Origin: Octopus sinensis
Taxonomy: Eukaryota
Direction of reading: 5' to 3'
NCBI RefSeq assembly: GCF_006345805.1
Contig: NC_043000.1
Span: 163,308,001-163,372,000, forward strand
Length of the DNA: 64,000 bases
Shown here piece by piece: positions 1 through 12,719 of the stretch. The position numbers and the translations under genes are program-made. Below the pieces are notes generated by a model. That model saw nothing but the letters and a program-made list of their open reading frames with translations, did not search any database and had not been told where the DNA came from. The first letter of the stretch is position 1. Every line of letters starts with the position of its first letter.

Positions 1-105
1 AGTGTGTGAGTGAGTGAGTGGGTGAGTGAGTGAGTGATTGAGTGAGTGAGTGAGTGAGTGAGTGAGTGAGTGAAAGAGTGTGTGAGTGAGTGAGTGAGTG
101 AGTGA
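1..105. repeat. (GTGA)n microsatellite
   Basis: Direct reading. Confidence 0.95.
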
Positions 106-2387
106 CCGACCGTGTGTGTGGTTATTTTTCTTGTATTTGTGTAATGTAGAGCAGTAGTCAGCTACCTATTTTGCACTACGAACCGGGATATACACGAGGG
201 ATGTTAAGAAGTCCCTGCCTTTGGGTAAAAGAAGGTACAGGAGGATTAGTTAATTATGATTTTACTCAACACACTCCCCTCTCAGATTCACACTCTTATT
301 GTGCGGGCCTTCAGTTTTCCTAAGCTCCCTGAAAGAACTCGGAATGCTGGACTTCCAACCGAGCCTTTTGCGATACCCTTAAAGCCAGGAACTTTACAGA
401 ACCCCTACGTGTGTGTGTGGGGGGGAGGGGGGCAACTTCGTCTTTTTATATTGCTTTGGCCACTTTGAAACTAAAGTATCTTTATTCACTGATGTTGGTA
501 AGGTGTGGTAGAATGGGAATTTGGTAGCTATTTCTAACAGATCGAACGTGGAAGCTCCTTCGTCGCTCGTTTACGAAATATTTATTGTACAAGCAATACA
601 TGGCCTTGAACCTTTGATATTTTCCTTCCCTGATTGACGGTGTCCATAGGCATTCCGACCGGAGAGAGACAGTTGACTCAGACGGTGTCGCCATCTTGTG
701 TTGGGATGTGGGTATAATGGCTAAAACACTTTCTCTCAAATATTCCACTTGACTTTACTTTCTCTCAAAACTTCACTTCATTAGCATGCTTGTTAATTTT
801 GTTGTTCTTTAAATCCGAGTCAAGCCTATTTTAGGCGGCCTCTTATTAATGGCGTTTCAGTTGTAACCATTTCGTCAGTTTGAGACAAAGTATCTTGGAC
901 CAAATATTCTAATGTGTCCTTGCTTTTTTTTTCCAAAGGCCGCACTTCATATGAACATCTTGATGTTATTTATTAAATTCTTGTCTATCATTTCATCAGG
1001 ATGGGATTTCAGGCAAGTTAGAAACAGCTGTTTGTACAGAGTAAGACAATGTTTTAGTTCATTTTTTAATGGAGCTAAATTTAACTGCGAAAAATGCAAT
1101 ATAATTGAAGGCTGGGCTGTGTTAATGAACTGGAATTTAAATATCGTTGGATGTTGACTGTATCGAGGTCCCTAATCCTAAATGTTTTTGAGACACATTT
1201 ATACCTCAACAGAGTTTAAATTGAGAAGCCTTCCCCTCTCTCTTGAAGAGGGTAGAAGTTAAATATGGTTAAGTGATCCAATTAGTCTAAACTAGACATT
1301 TCATTATTTGTTGCAGTGATTGGCATTTCCGTAGAAGCTGAATTCTCGATAAGCATCCTTTCATTTAAGAGCAGCATTGCGAAAGCAGACTAGAACAGGG
1401 TCATATAAGCACAACTTCTTGGTCAGAATGTTTTAAGTATCTATGTGTCCATGTCTTTATTTCTTAGGTGAGACTCTCCTTTTTAGATTTGTTTATCAAC
1501 AACAGTTTTATTATCCCTAAGCTTATCTCATGCCCTAATGCAATGTTCTTCTAGAGGATCTAAGAAGATTGAAGAGGAACAGACAAATTGCCTTGTTTAA
1601 CATCGTTTAAAGCTTTAAAACTTCTCCAACACCATGGCAACGTAAGAAGAATTATACGGATGCAAATGCGATCCTGCTTTCTTATTAAAAAAGGAGGGAC
1701 AAAAGATGTGCGTGCGTGCGTGTGTGTGTGTGTGTGTGTAGGTAAAGAACTGCTGCCATAAAGGATTTGAGAGAGAAAAGAGATTTTTGATTGGTTTACG
1801 TTGTGTTTCTTACAGGACAGGAGTCGTTCGAATTTACTTGTATTCAGCTGCAACTTCTACCTCAGACTGTTTGATATTGAAAGATTGTAATAAACAGTTG
1901 CTCACATAGCTTTTAATGTTTTACATCGTTGTTGTTCTCGTTGCTTTGCAGTTTTTAAAAATCCAGTAATATTTGGGTTTTAATAGGTTGACCCGCATGC
2001 TACTGACATAAATGATGATCTTCTCTAGAGAAACACCGCCCATGAATGTAACCTAATTGCGGTATATTAAATGACTTACTACACAAACTACTTTACCAAT
2101 TATTTAGTTTAAACAACGTTTGTGGAATTTTTTCCTGGATTCATCGAATGTCTTGTCCAAGTATATATATATATATATATAGGGATAGTTTATGAAAAAA
2201 ACAAAAGACGAAGACAGATGGTGTACAATTCAAATAGATGTATTAGTATAATGCTCAGGAATAGAAAAAGTCTTTTACGTTTCGAGCCTACGCTCTTCTA
2301 TAGAAAGGGACACAGAAAAAACAAGGAGAGAAAAAATGTGTGTAGTGGCTAACGATCTATTATATATATGTATATATATATATATAT

Positions 2388-3865
2388 TATCTCACAGAAG
2401 TATGTACACCCCTTAATAATTTTAGTAAAATTGCCATTACTCTGATAATATCGAAGGAAATCCAATGAAATTGATACTGAATAAAATATATTGTACTTGC
2501 AAACATTATACATATTTGGAACATAAAACAATTAGCATTTTCAAAGATATGAAACGAAAGATTAATTTTCAAAAGCTACAAAAATATGTACACCCTAAAG
2601 AAAATTTGCTATATTCAATATTTTATCTAATTTTCTTTTTTTTTTTACTAAATTCTAGTATTGCTGATGATTTCAATTCTAATAGATTATTTCTCCTGGA
2701 ATTTTTGCACCGATCATTGTTACTACGTCTGCAGGATTTCTGACATGTGTACCGTGGTTAGAATCTTCTTCATTGTGATTAAAATAGCACCAAAAGGAAA
2801 AGAATTGTCTGGAAATTTGAAGAAAATTATTTTTGAATTTGCTCAAGAATGGTTTCGAATACATATTAGTGTAAACACAGTTGCCAAAGTAATTCAGGAG
2901 TACAAAGCTGCTGGGCAGCTAAGCAATAAACATCGTCCAGGTCATCTTTCTATTTTAACTGCACGTGATATTCGCCACATCCAACGATGCCTTATGTACG
3001 ACAGGTATCGTACCACTTAATCTTTGGCTCAAGAAGTATCTTCTGTTAGTGGAAAGAGTGTATCCGCTCAAACGGTTTGCTGAAGTTTGAACTAGTGTGA
3101 TCTTCATGGACGCATTCCTCATAGGAAACTTCTCCTCACTACCAGGCATAAATCAAGTCGTCTTTCTTTTGCTGAACCCTATGTAAGAGGCAAGAGTTTT
3201 AGAATAAAATTCTTTATTCAACTTGTTTGGGTCAGATGGTATTAAACGAGTATAGCGACGACCAGGTGAAGATAATAGCGACAATTGCAGCGTGCCTACC
3301 GTGAGACACGTTGGCGAAAGTGTTGCACTTTGGGGATGCATGAGTGCAGATGGTAAGGGAGGAATTACATTTATTGAGAGAACAATGGATTCAAAACTTT
3401 ATTGTGACATATTGCAGAAAACAATGTTGAAAAGTATCAAGGAAATAGGAAGATATTCCAAGTTCCAATATGATAATGACCCTAAACACACTTCAAAGAT
3501 GATGATTAAGTTTTTATCAGATAAAAAGATAAAGGCATTGCCTTGGCCTACCATGCCACCTGATTTAAAACCAGTAGAATATTTGTGGGGTGTTTTGAAA
3601 AGGAAGGTTGAAGAGAAAAACCTGCAATGTAAGACAGTTGAAAGACATCATTCAGGATGAATGGAGGTCGATCTCATCGTTTGTATGCGGAAACTTAATC
3701 GATTCTATGCCCAGAAGACTTAATGTAGTTATTGAAAGCAAGGGCGGTCATACCATTGATTGAATATAGCAAATAACCCTTTAGGTTGTACATACTTCTG
3801 TATCGCTTGAAAATTAATATTTCGATCATATTTTTGAAAATGTTTATTGTTTTGTATTCGAGATT
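2388..3865 (+). mobile_element. Tc1-family (DD34E) transposon copy 1, IR/DR type; frameshifted transposase pseudogene; right TIR truncated
   Basis: Frames give APKGKELSGNLKK (N-terminus), VALWGCMSADGKG, FQYDNDPKHTS and WPTMPPDLKPVEYLW, with 34 residues between D and E. Left ~213-bp TIR has outer (agaagtatgtacaccc, ~2396) and inner (aaaatatgtacaccctaaag, 2581-2600) direct repeats. Confidence 0.9.
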
Positions 3866-4117
3866 AAATTATTTCACTCGCTACCTGGTGCCCACATGAC
3901 CATAGCTGGCCGGAGACAGACAAACAGCGGGGGAGAGACATCAGGGAGGGGTTTCTCCTTCTGAAATGATGACGTTGAAGTTGAGGTGTATAATATTTAC
4001 CGCAAACTGTGATAATCAATAACATAGAATTTTTAAAAATTACTCTTTCTATGCGGCCCGCTACTGACTGATCCATGGCCCGCTACTGAACGGCGACCCG
4101 GTGGTTGGGGACATCTG
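3866..4117. mobile_element. hAT-type non-autonomous remnant (one terminus) truncating Tc1 copy 1
   Basis: Ends ggttggggacatctg (reverse complement CAGATGTCCCCAACC, hAT-like TIR), with duplicated subterminal ggcccgctactga motifs. Confidence 0.45.
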
Positions 4118-4527
4118 CTGTATAGCACCAGCTGCTGAATGTGTTCAAAAGTTAGGAAGCATATTTATTTATAGTTTCTCACTTGCTTTCGTTCTTTCTA
4201 GCTTTGACTACTGTATCTATGTTTGTATATTTGAAATTCTTGTTACTATTTCTGAAAGCTCAGATTTAAAAAAAATTTTGCTTACGTTTGGATTCATTAT
4301 AGGGAAACTGTTTCTCGATTTGCATACAAACGCTCTTTATGTCGGTTATTTGATGCTTCTTTATTGATTGATACCACAAGTATTGCAAAATATGCGACAT
4401 ATTTCTCGAAATTATGACCCGAGTCCTTTCATAAATTCTGATAGAGAATAGTAACTTTCATCTGCTACTTTTAAATTTGATATCACCTAAAAGAAAAGTT
4501 CTCTCTCTTTCTGCATGCATACATACA

Positions 4528-4618
<91 letters not shown>

Positions 4619-7550
4619 TATACATACGTGCACAATGTCTGTTAATTCCCTTCCAAGATTTTCTGTAATGGTAATTAGACTTCATTTGCAGGAAGCTTTT
4701 GTATGTGTGAGTGCAACATAAAAGACAAAAAGACAGAGAGTGAGAGAAAGAGAGAGAGAGAAAGAAAGAGATGCGAGTAAGATAAACAGACAAATAGACA
4801 TAACTTCCATACCTCTTACTAAATGTAAACATCATTCTCGTACACGTATATATATATATATATACATATATATGTGTGTGTGTATGTGCATATATATATA
4901 CACATATATGTGTGTGTGCGTATATATATATATAAGCATGTGTGTGCGTATTATTCAACCCCTTAGAACCCACATTCAATGTAAAAGGATCCTGCAAAGA
5001 AAGTATGCTGGTCACACCCCACCTCTTTATAAAGGCCTTGAAATAGAAACTAGGTGAATTTTGAACCGAAGCATATGTTACACCTCCCTCTACGTATGCA
5101 TAAATATATGTTTATATGTGAATACTCGCGTATACACTCACACACGTGCATACATTTTTTATATATATATACATATAATATGTTCATTCAGACGTTGATT
5201 TATTTTCAAAATAGAAACAAGGGCTCTGGTTGAGGTGTCTATTATCGCAAAGTAAAACTAGTCGTACACCCTACTCTAACATCAATTGAAAGAAGCAACA
5301 GTGGAACTGCACGTTTACGAGTAACCTGTAAGAAATAGTACTCAGATTTTCATCTTGCCTCTTACTTTCTTAAAGAAATTTCTCATTAGGTAACGGAGCC
5401 GTAATTATCTCTAAAAACTGAAATATTCTTGGATGAATTACTTTTAAGTATAGATTGATTTGATCAGCGCTAAATATCAGCAATAGCGTTATTAGTGTTA
5501 ATGAACTAAACCACCGCCACCACCACAAACAATAATAAAACCCACATGACTATGTATTCGCATGTGAATAACTTTTAAGAGTTGTCTGTTGGCACTAACA
5601 TGTCTGTAGCTCAGTTTCAATCCCTTGTTGAACCATTTCACTTCACATGCGTTTAATATATATTATAAGCAGTTTAAAGTGTGCGCGTGTGCAGTCGCTC
5701 GCCCTAAGGGAAAAAGCAGCCAAATTTTCATTAGATCCCAGCCTAACATTTATTTTTATTTTTATCATTAAAAATGTGTGCTATAGCTAACAAATCCGAA
5801 TAGACATTACTTGAAGAAAATAAACTTGATGGTCATAGGAGGAACTGCTCTGATCATAGGTGTGCTTGATAAGAGCACAGCAACAATGTAAACGGCATAT
5901 AAATCAGGTCATAATCAACAGAACCTACAAAAAATGTATTCCACTTAATAAACTGCCTTGCTTTTCTGTTTTTCCGCATAATAGTTCAAGACAATGGAAA
6001 AGGAGAACGTACAACTGAATTACGAATAACAACGATATTCATAAGTTGTATTTTTGTTTCTAAAACTTTCCCTGTAAATACAGTCAAAAACTGTACGCTA
6101 TTGACTGTTGTTATTTTAACCCTAAGTCGGCCTTGAATAAAAAGTCTTGTGATTAAAGGTTTCCACTTATGATTATTACGATCGTCTGCATATCAAAATC
6201 TACATCCTCTAATTTGTCAAGCAAATTTTTACGATGGCTTTTTGTGATTTCGGGAATAATTGGTTGCTATTTTCTAGCAGCTAATTTCACGCCTCGGTTC
6301 GAACAGCTACATAGAACCTCTCCAAATGTTACATGTTGTAACCGTATCTAATTCTTAAACCGTCGTCGAAACGGCACTGTCATAATTGTATGAAATCATA
6401 CATTTTCTTGACAAACACTCCATCGGTTTTCCAGGACATTGGTTTTCAAATTCTTTTACTTCGTAGAACACTATAACAAAATATACTAGTGGTGCACCTT
6501 ACATGGAAAGTAAAAGAAAAAAAGATCTTAACTTTAAATTTAAAACCAACAACAACAAAATTTTTGTTGCTTGATTATTTCATTAAACTTTTTGTATGTA
6601 ACAAAATTATGAAAGAACCACGTTTCTCAAAACGCTGAAGCGTTAATATTGGTTTTCCACGGACATAAATTATATTTTAAAACCTCACAGTGCACTTACA
6701 TAACCCATGTAGTGTATTGTACGAGAACCATCCCTCCCAAACAATGAAAAACCAGGACTGTTACGGGTTGTTTTCTGTTTTATTTTCATAAAAATTGACC
6801 ATGAAAATTGATCTAATTTGTTCAAAAGAATTATTTCTTAACAAGACAATTCTGTCATTCCTTTAGGTATTATATTAAAACCACATCTAACCAATTATAT
6901 CTGTGGTACCTTCAGGAAGTTATTCTCCTTAAATAAATATATTAGACTAAGGTCAATGGAAGCTATAATTATTTAACTAAAAAACAGCGGCAAATAACGT
7001 ACTAATTAATGCACTCCACACTTATGTTATTGCGATACCATATGTAGCTCCTTGTAATTTTTTTTTGCCACCGATACAAATAGACAAGAATCATACATAT
7101 ATAAGTGCAAAGCTGCGCGCGCGTATGTGTGTATGTGTGTGCGCGGGCTTGTGTATATACGGTGAATGTTTGTACCTATGTGTGTATAGGCGCCTGGGTG
7201 TGTGTTTCAAATGGTGTCAAGCTGCCATTGGCATATCTGTTTCCGGTTGAAATAGGAAAGGTAGATACGTGTCAACAGTTAAATAATGGACGTTTCTGTC
7301 TATGTAAGAGGGAGGGAAGGAGGGACAGAAGGAGAGAGAAAGAAAATATGTGTGTGTGTGTGTGTGTGGCATTCAGATCAAAAACTGAAAAGATAAAGGA
7401 GAAAGAGGAAAGGAGATAAAGACCAACAGGGAGATGAGGGAGACGGAGAAATTGAGGTAAATTAGATATAAAAAGAAAACAGACGTTTGGAGAGGTGATG
7501 GAAGAAAAATATTTGATAAGAGTATGTCTTCATAAAGGAAAGCACACACA

Positions 7551-7594
<44 letters not shown>

Positions 7595-7729
7595 TACCAA
7601 AAGCCAATATGAGAGTTTCTCTCATGGTAACTACTGCAGTACAGGTTTGTTCTAAGAGATCATTCACGTCTAGAGGAGAAAAATATAAAAATATTACACA
7701 CACACACACACACAGATATATATATATAT

Positions 7730-7879
7730 ACGAGGGGCTTCTTTCAGTTTCCGCCAACCAGAACCACTTACAAAGTTCTGGCCGGCCCGAGGCTATAGAA
7801 GACACGTGTCCAAGGTACCACACAGTGAGACTGAACCCGGAGTCATGTGATTGGGAAGTAAACTTACCACGCAACTTGC

Positions 7880-7880
<1 letters not shown>
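7730..7880 (-). mobile_element. SINE family B 5' half
   Basis: cgaggggcttctttcagtttccg...actgaacccggagtcatgtg. Confidence 0.7.
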
Positions 7881-7955
<75 letters not shown>

Positions 7956-7975
7956 AATACATACATACATATAGA

Positions 7976-9948
7976 CAGAGCTGGGCGTAAGTCCGTTAAT
8001 CCGCTAATCATTAATTAACGACGTTAACATTTTCGTTAACGATTTCACTTTTAAGTTAGCTTTCAAAATCATTATCGGACTAATTAACTTCCATTACACA
8101 GCTTCTGTTAACCCCAAAATTTCATAAAAACCGGTAGACGTTTAAAAGTTTCTATTGTTTTCAGATTGCCTTAGTTTATTTAATATTGTATGCGTCATGC
8201 TTTCAACCCCGATATAACGCCATTTATTATTATAAATAACTTGTAGGACCTCGTTTGGCCCTGCCTGGATTTGAAACCAAATCCACTTGCTTGTTACTTG
8301 CAAAGACAGCGGAAAATTTCTTTGTCCTGTCAAGAGGGAACAATGATTGATGTGTTTCCACTTGATTCGTGACCTCGCTGAGGTGGATGTCAATATAGAA
8401 AATATTGACTTCCATAAAGTGGAAAAAATAAATGGAAGGAAAAAAGTTAGTAAATATTTCGGTGTGAACGCAAACAGCTGTTATGTGGTAACAGGGCATG
8501 CTAGAAATAGCAGCCGAATCTGGGAAAAAAAAGGAGTTGTTTACGCGTGATTTCGATGTCATTCACGTTCGTTGAAAGCACGCAAAATAACCTGGAAAAG
8601 GGAAAAGACCCACGAAACAAAACGTCCTTGGTGGGAAACTTCGTGGTCCCCACCACCCCTCCCACCTTTCTTTTCCGGAAATAGTGGCTTGCGGCAGGTT
8701 TGGAGGTCAGATGCAATGAACGCACTCGAAAAATCTGTGGAAAAAATAATTCCACGCCGAGGTACGAAATACTTACCGAAAGAATAAAATCTTGTACCGA
8801 TTATAACTATTCAAATTAATGTCACTCATCTTGAAATGTGGCAACATTTTTGTCGGTTGCCAACTGGGATAATTTTAGTGACAAATCAAACAGGTTTCAA
8901 TTTTAGTCTTTATCCATAATGTTATTGCTTTTACACCTATTAATTAAATTTACCTACCCATAAAAGTCAAATTTACGCGGTAAGATAAGCTAAAATTACA
9001 TAACTATGAACCAGTGGTATATAAAGCACCCACTGACAAAATTTCAAATTTGTATGTAAAAAATTTACAAAGGTACAAGCAAATATTATGGACACTCCGC
9101 TTGAACCTGAATAATTCAAAATAACGTGAGCAAATAAACATTATATTTGACAGATTAATATGAAAACTGTGTTGAGGTGTTTTTTTTCTTTCACACATAA
9201 CACGGCCTCGCTCGGTTGGGACTACACGTGTGTTACTTTGACAACATTATTCCATAAAATTTGTTTGTGGGGAGAAAATTATTGAAAAATATCAATAGGT
9301 GTGTGAATGACAAAGCAACGAGGAGGGTGGTTTTGGAATGTGCTAGAAACAACAGCCAGATCTTCCTTAAATCTCACATCTTCTGAAATTATTAACATTT
9401 TTTTTGTAAACTGAAAATGTTTCTCTCATGGGTTTTAAATGCGGAGTGTAAAAAAAATTCCAACTTATGTGTGCCGTTTGATCCGAAACTCCGTTTTCCA
9501 GAAACTTCTCACCCCCACACCCCTTCCAAATATTTTGCCTACAAATTTCTTTGTAATCGTAGTCCACACTGTTTGAAAGGTATTTGTATTAAATTTCATT
9601 TAAAAATACCTATTCTCCAGAATGTTATGAGGTGGGTGGAAATGTCGGGTCCTGTGAATTTTTCGAAATTCCTCTCCCCAGCCCCTCGAAAAACTTTCTC
9701 CAACAAATCTTTTCATCCACTCAATCTACAGAATATAAGCGATTATTTGGTGAAAGTTTTGTTAAAAAGTATCCATTTTTCTGGAAGTTACGAGGTAACA
9801 AAATTGGTGGGGTATTAAACTGTAGTTATGCCAATTTTCAATAAAAATTCAAGTTAACGGATTAACGTTAACTTCTGTTACATTTTCAAAGAATTAACGG
9901 GTTAACGATTAACGAAGTTAACATTTCGATTAACAGTGCCTACCTCTA
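7976..9948. mobile_element. ~2-kb hAT-like non-autonomous element with dense subterminal GTTAAC/TTAACG motifs
   Basis: Left end cagagctgggc; right end gcctacctcta (reverse complement tagaggtaggc). Clusters of gttaac/ttaacg at 7990-8120 and 9860-9935. Weak hAT dimerisation-like remnant (HQSLFPL..KKFSAVFAS) on the minus strand near 8250-8340. Confidence 0.5.
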
Positions 9949-10054
9949 CATTACACAAACACACACATACACACATTTGTCGAAAGATAAAGAGAGGAAG
10001 ATAGAAAGTCCTAATTACAAACATCAAAAGTAACAACAAGTATAATAGGCTGCA

Positions 10055-10180
10055 TAATTATAATGACCAACACTAAACGCAATTATAATTATAATGACCA
10101 ACACTAAACGCAATTATAATTATAATGACCAACACTAAACGCAATTATAATTATAATGACCAACACTAAACGCAATTATA
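10055..10180. repeat. Perfect 31-bp minisatellite, 4 copies
   Basis: Unit taattataatgaccaacactaaacgcaatta; gaccaa starts at 10065, 10096, 10127, 10158. Confidence 0.95.
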
Positions 10181-10802
10181 GCAATCATTATAATAATAAT
10201 TACAAATATCTTTCACTTTGATTTAGATAAATGATTTTAAAAGTATGATGTACTAAATGACTTAGTAAAAATATGTCTTAATTTCTTGGAGAAAGAAAAT
10301 TAATCTATATGATGTCCACCACTCTCCAGTTGCTTGCAAACAAAGACAAGATGTTTCGGTAACGATGTAAATTAATTTTGTCCGTTTCTGGAGACTCTCC
10401 CTTTTACTCTGAAAATAGCTTTCATTACTGCAGGCTTTTGTTTTCTTTCTCTTATTAAGATAGAAGTTAAATGAGAATCTTTTGCGAACATTATTCAGTA
10501 CATCACACGTGCGTGTATATATAAAGAGTCAAACCGTTGGCCCGTTTTAATTATTTGCTTTAGCTTGTAGTAGTTTTTTTTTTTAATATATTAATATAGT
10601 TGCAAGTATGGCTATATGGTAAAGAAGTTCGCTTTGAAACCATATGATTTTGAGTTCAGTCCCAGCGCGTGTCACTTTGAGCAAGTGTGTTCCACTATAG
10701 CCAAGGGTTAACCTATGCGTTGTGGGTGAATATGGTTGTCGGAAACTATGTGGAATCCCGTCGTATATATGTATATATATATATATATTGATAAAAATGG
10801 TA

Positions 10803-11225
<423 letters not shown>

Positions 11226-12329
11226 CCATAAGTTTGTGTGTGCGTGCGCGCGCGCGTGTGTGTGTGTGTGTGTGGTGTGTGTTTGTGTTTGTGTTTGTCT
11301 CACAGCATCGCTTGACAGCTGGTGCTAGTTTGTTTACGTCCTTGCAAAGTAGCAGTTCGGCGTAAAGATATCGAAAGACTAAGTATCGAATTTTGTTTTT
11401 AAAGTATTAGAAACGATTTGCTCGTCTACATACTTCAACAAATACGAGAAGCAAGTAAAGGATAAAACTATTACCGGCTGAAACTATTTATGACTAAAAA
11501 TTATTCTGAATGGGTCAATTCAACCTTCAACCGACTGTTATACTGATCAGATCCTATTGGACCCAAACACATTCGTAGCCATCTCAGACTTCCACTGGCC
11601 GGCGTGTAAATCAATTTTGAAAGATTCATTCAAGCTTTATAAAGTTTATTTTCTCTTTACTTTTAGATTCGTTCGTCCTTTGTTGTTGCTTTTTATTTAT
11701 TATTTATTTATTTATTATCTCTAACTAACAAGAAAATTAATAAATGGACAATGTTTTGTGTATTTCATTTAATTTATCGCACATTCATCTATTTTCCCAC
11801 AATTAGCTGAAACGACTTATTGTACTGGAGAAACATGCCGAGACTAATATGATTCGACTTAATTTTCTATTTTTTCTTTCTTTGTTTTTCACTTATAACA
11901 TTTACCCTATGATATTTTGTTAACTTTTCCAACACGAGTTATTTATCTTCACTTCTTATCATCATCATTACGAATTATGTAGAATTCTGTAGAATTCTGT
12001 AGAATTCGTAATGATGATGATGACGATGATGATGTTGATGGCGGTGGTGGTTTTTGATTTGGTGTGTACGTGAATATATATTCGAGCGCTAGATGTTGTT
12101 ATGCAGCTATTGGTTTATCAGTAAGCACAAACATTCACAGCATACCTGAGCACGAGCCAGGAGGGAACTTCGTATTGGTTCGAACTTGTACTAGAAATGG
12201 TGACCAAATTCATTTCCAATCACATTCTATAAATGTAATCATTTAAATACAAAAGATTTTGACAACAGATCTGCTTCATCAGTGGTGGCCTCGTGTTAAA
12301 CCACAACATCTACAATAATGACTTTAGAT

Positions 12330-12649
12330 CAGTGCTCCGCATCCTTTCTTCTTTTCAAAATTCGGCGGCACACTTGAACTAAAAATTTAACTAAACGTAT
12401 AGGAGAAAAAATTATACTCAGGTTACACTGCGGCACACGTAGCATCGCCTCGTGGCACACCAGTGTGCCACGGCGTACCGGTTGCATAGTCCAGTGATCC
12501 GCATAGTGCTTCTTTAGACTACTGCATAGACCAGTTGGGAAAAAATTATTTCCATAGGGAAAAAAATTATATTCGGGTTACACTGCGGCACACCTAGCAT
12601 CGTCTCGTGACACTCCAGCCTGCCGCGGAATGCTGGTTGCAGAGCACTG
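12330..12649. mobile_element. hAT-type MITE, head-to-tail dimer
   Basis: Left TIR CAGTGCTCCGCATCC (12330); right TIR reverse complement CAGTGCTCTGCAACC (12649); second left-TIR-like cagtgatccgcat at ~12492; the ~90-bp segment ggttacactgcggcacac...ggttgca occurs twice. Confidence 0.6.
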
Positions 12650-12719
12650 CCCTGGACTGTTATAAAGACAGAACACTTGTAGAAACTGGATGTTGCTGGT
12701 TGAAGTGACTTAAACAAAC

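Noticed and set aside
850-880. Minus-strand CTGACGA...GAAAC motif
   Set aside because: No stem III or NUH triplet and no stem I; chance match.
10055-10180. Repeat array as a possible CRISPR
   Set aside because: Units are contiguous and identical with no spacers, in a eukaryotic context without cas genes.
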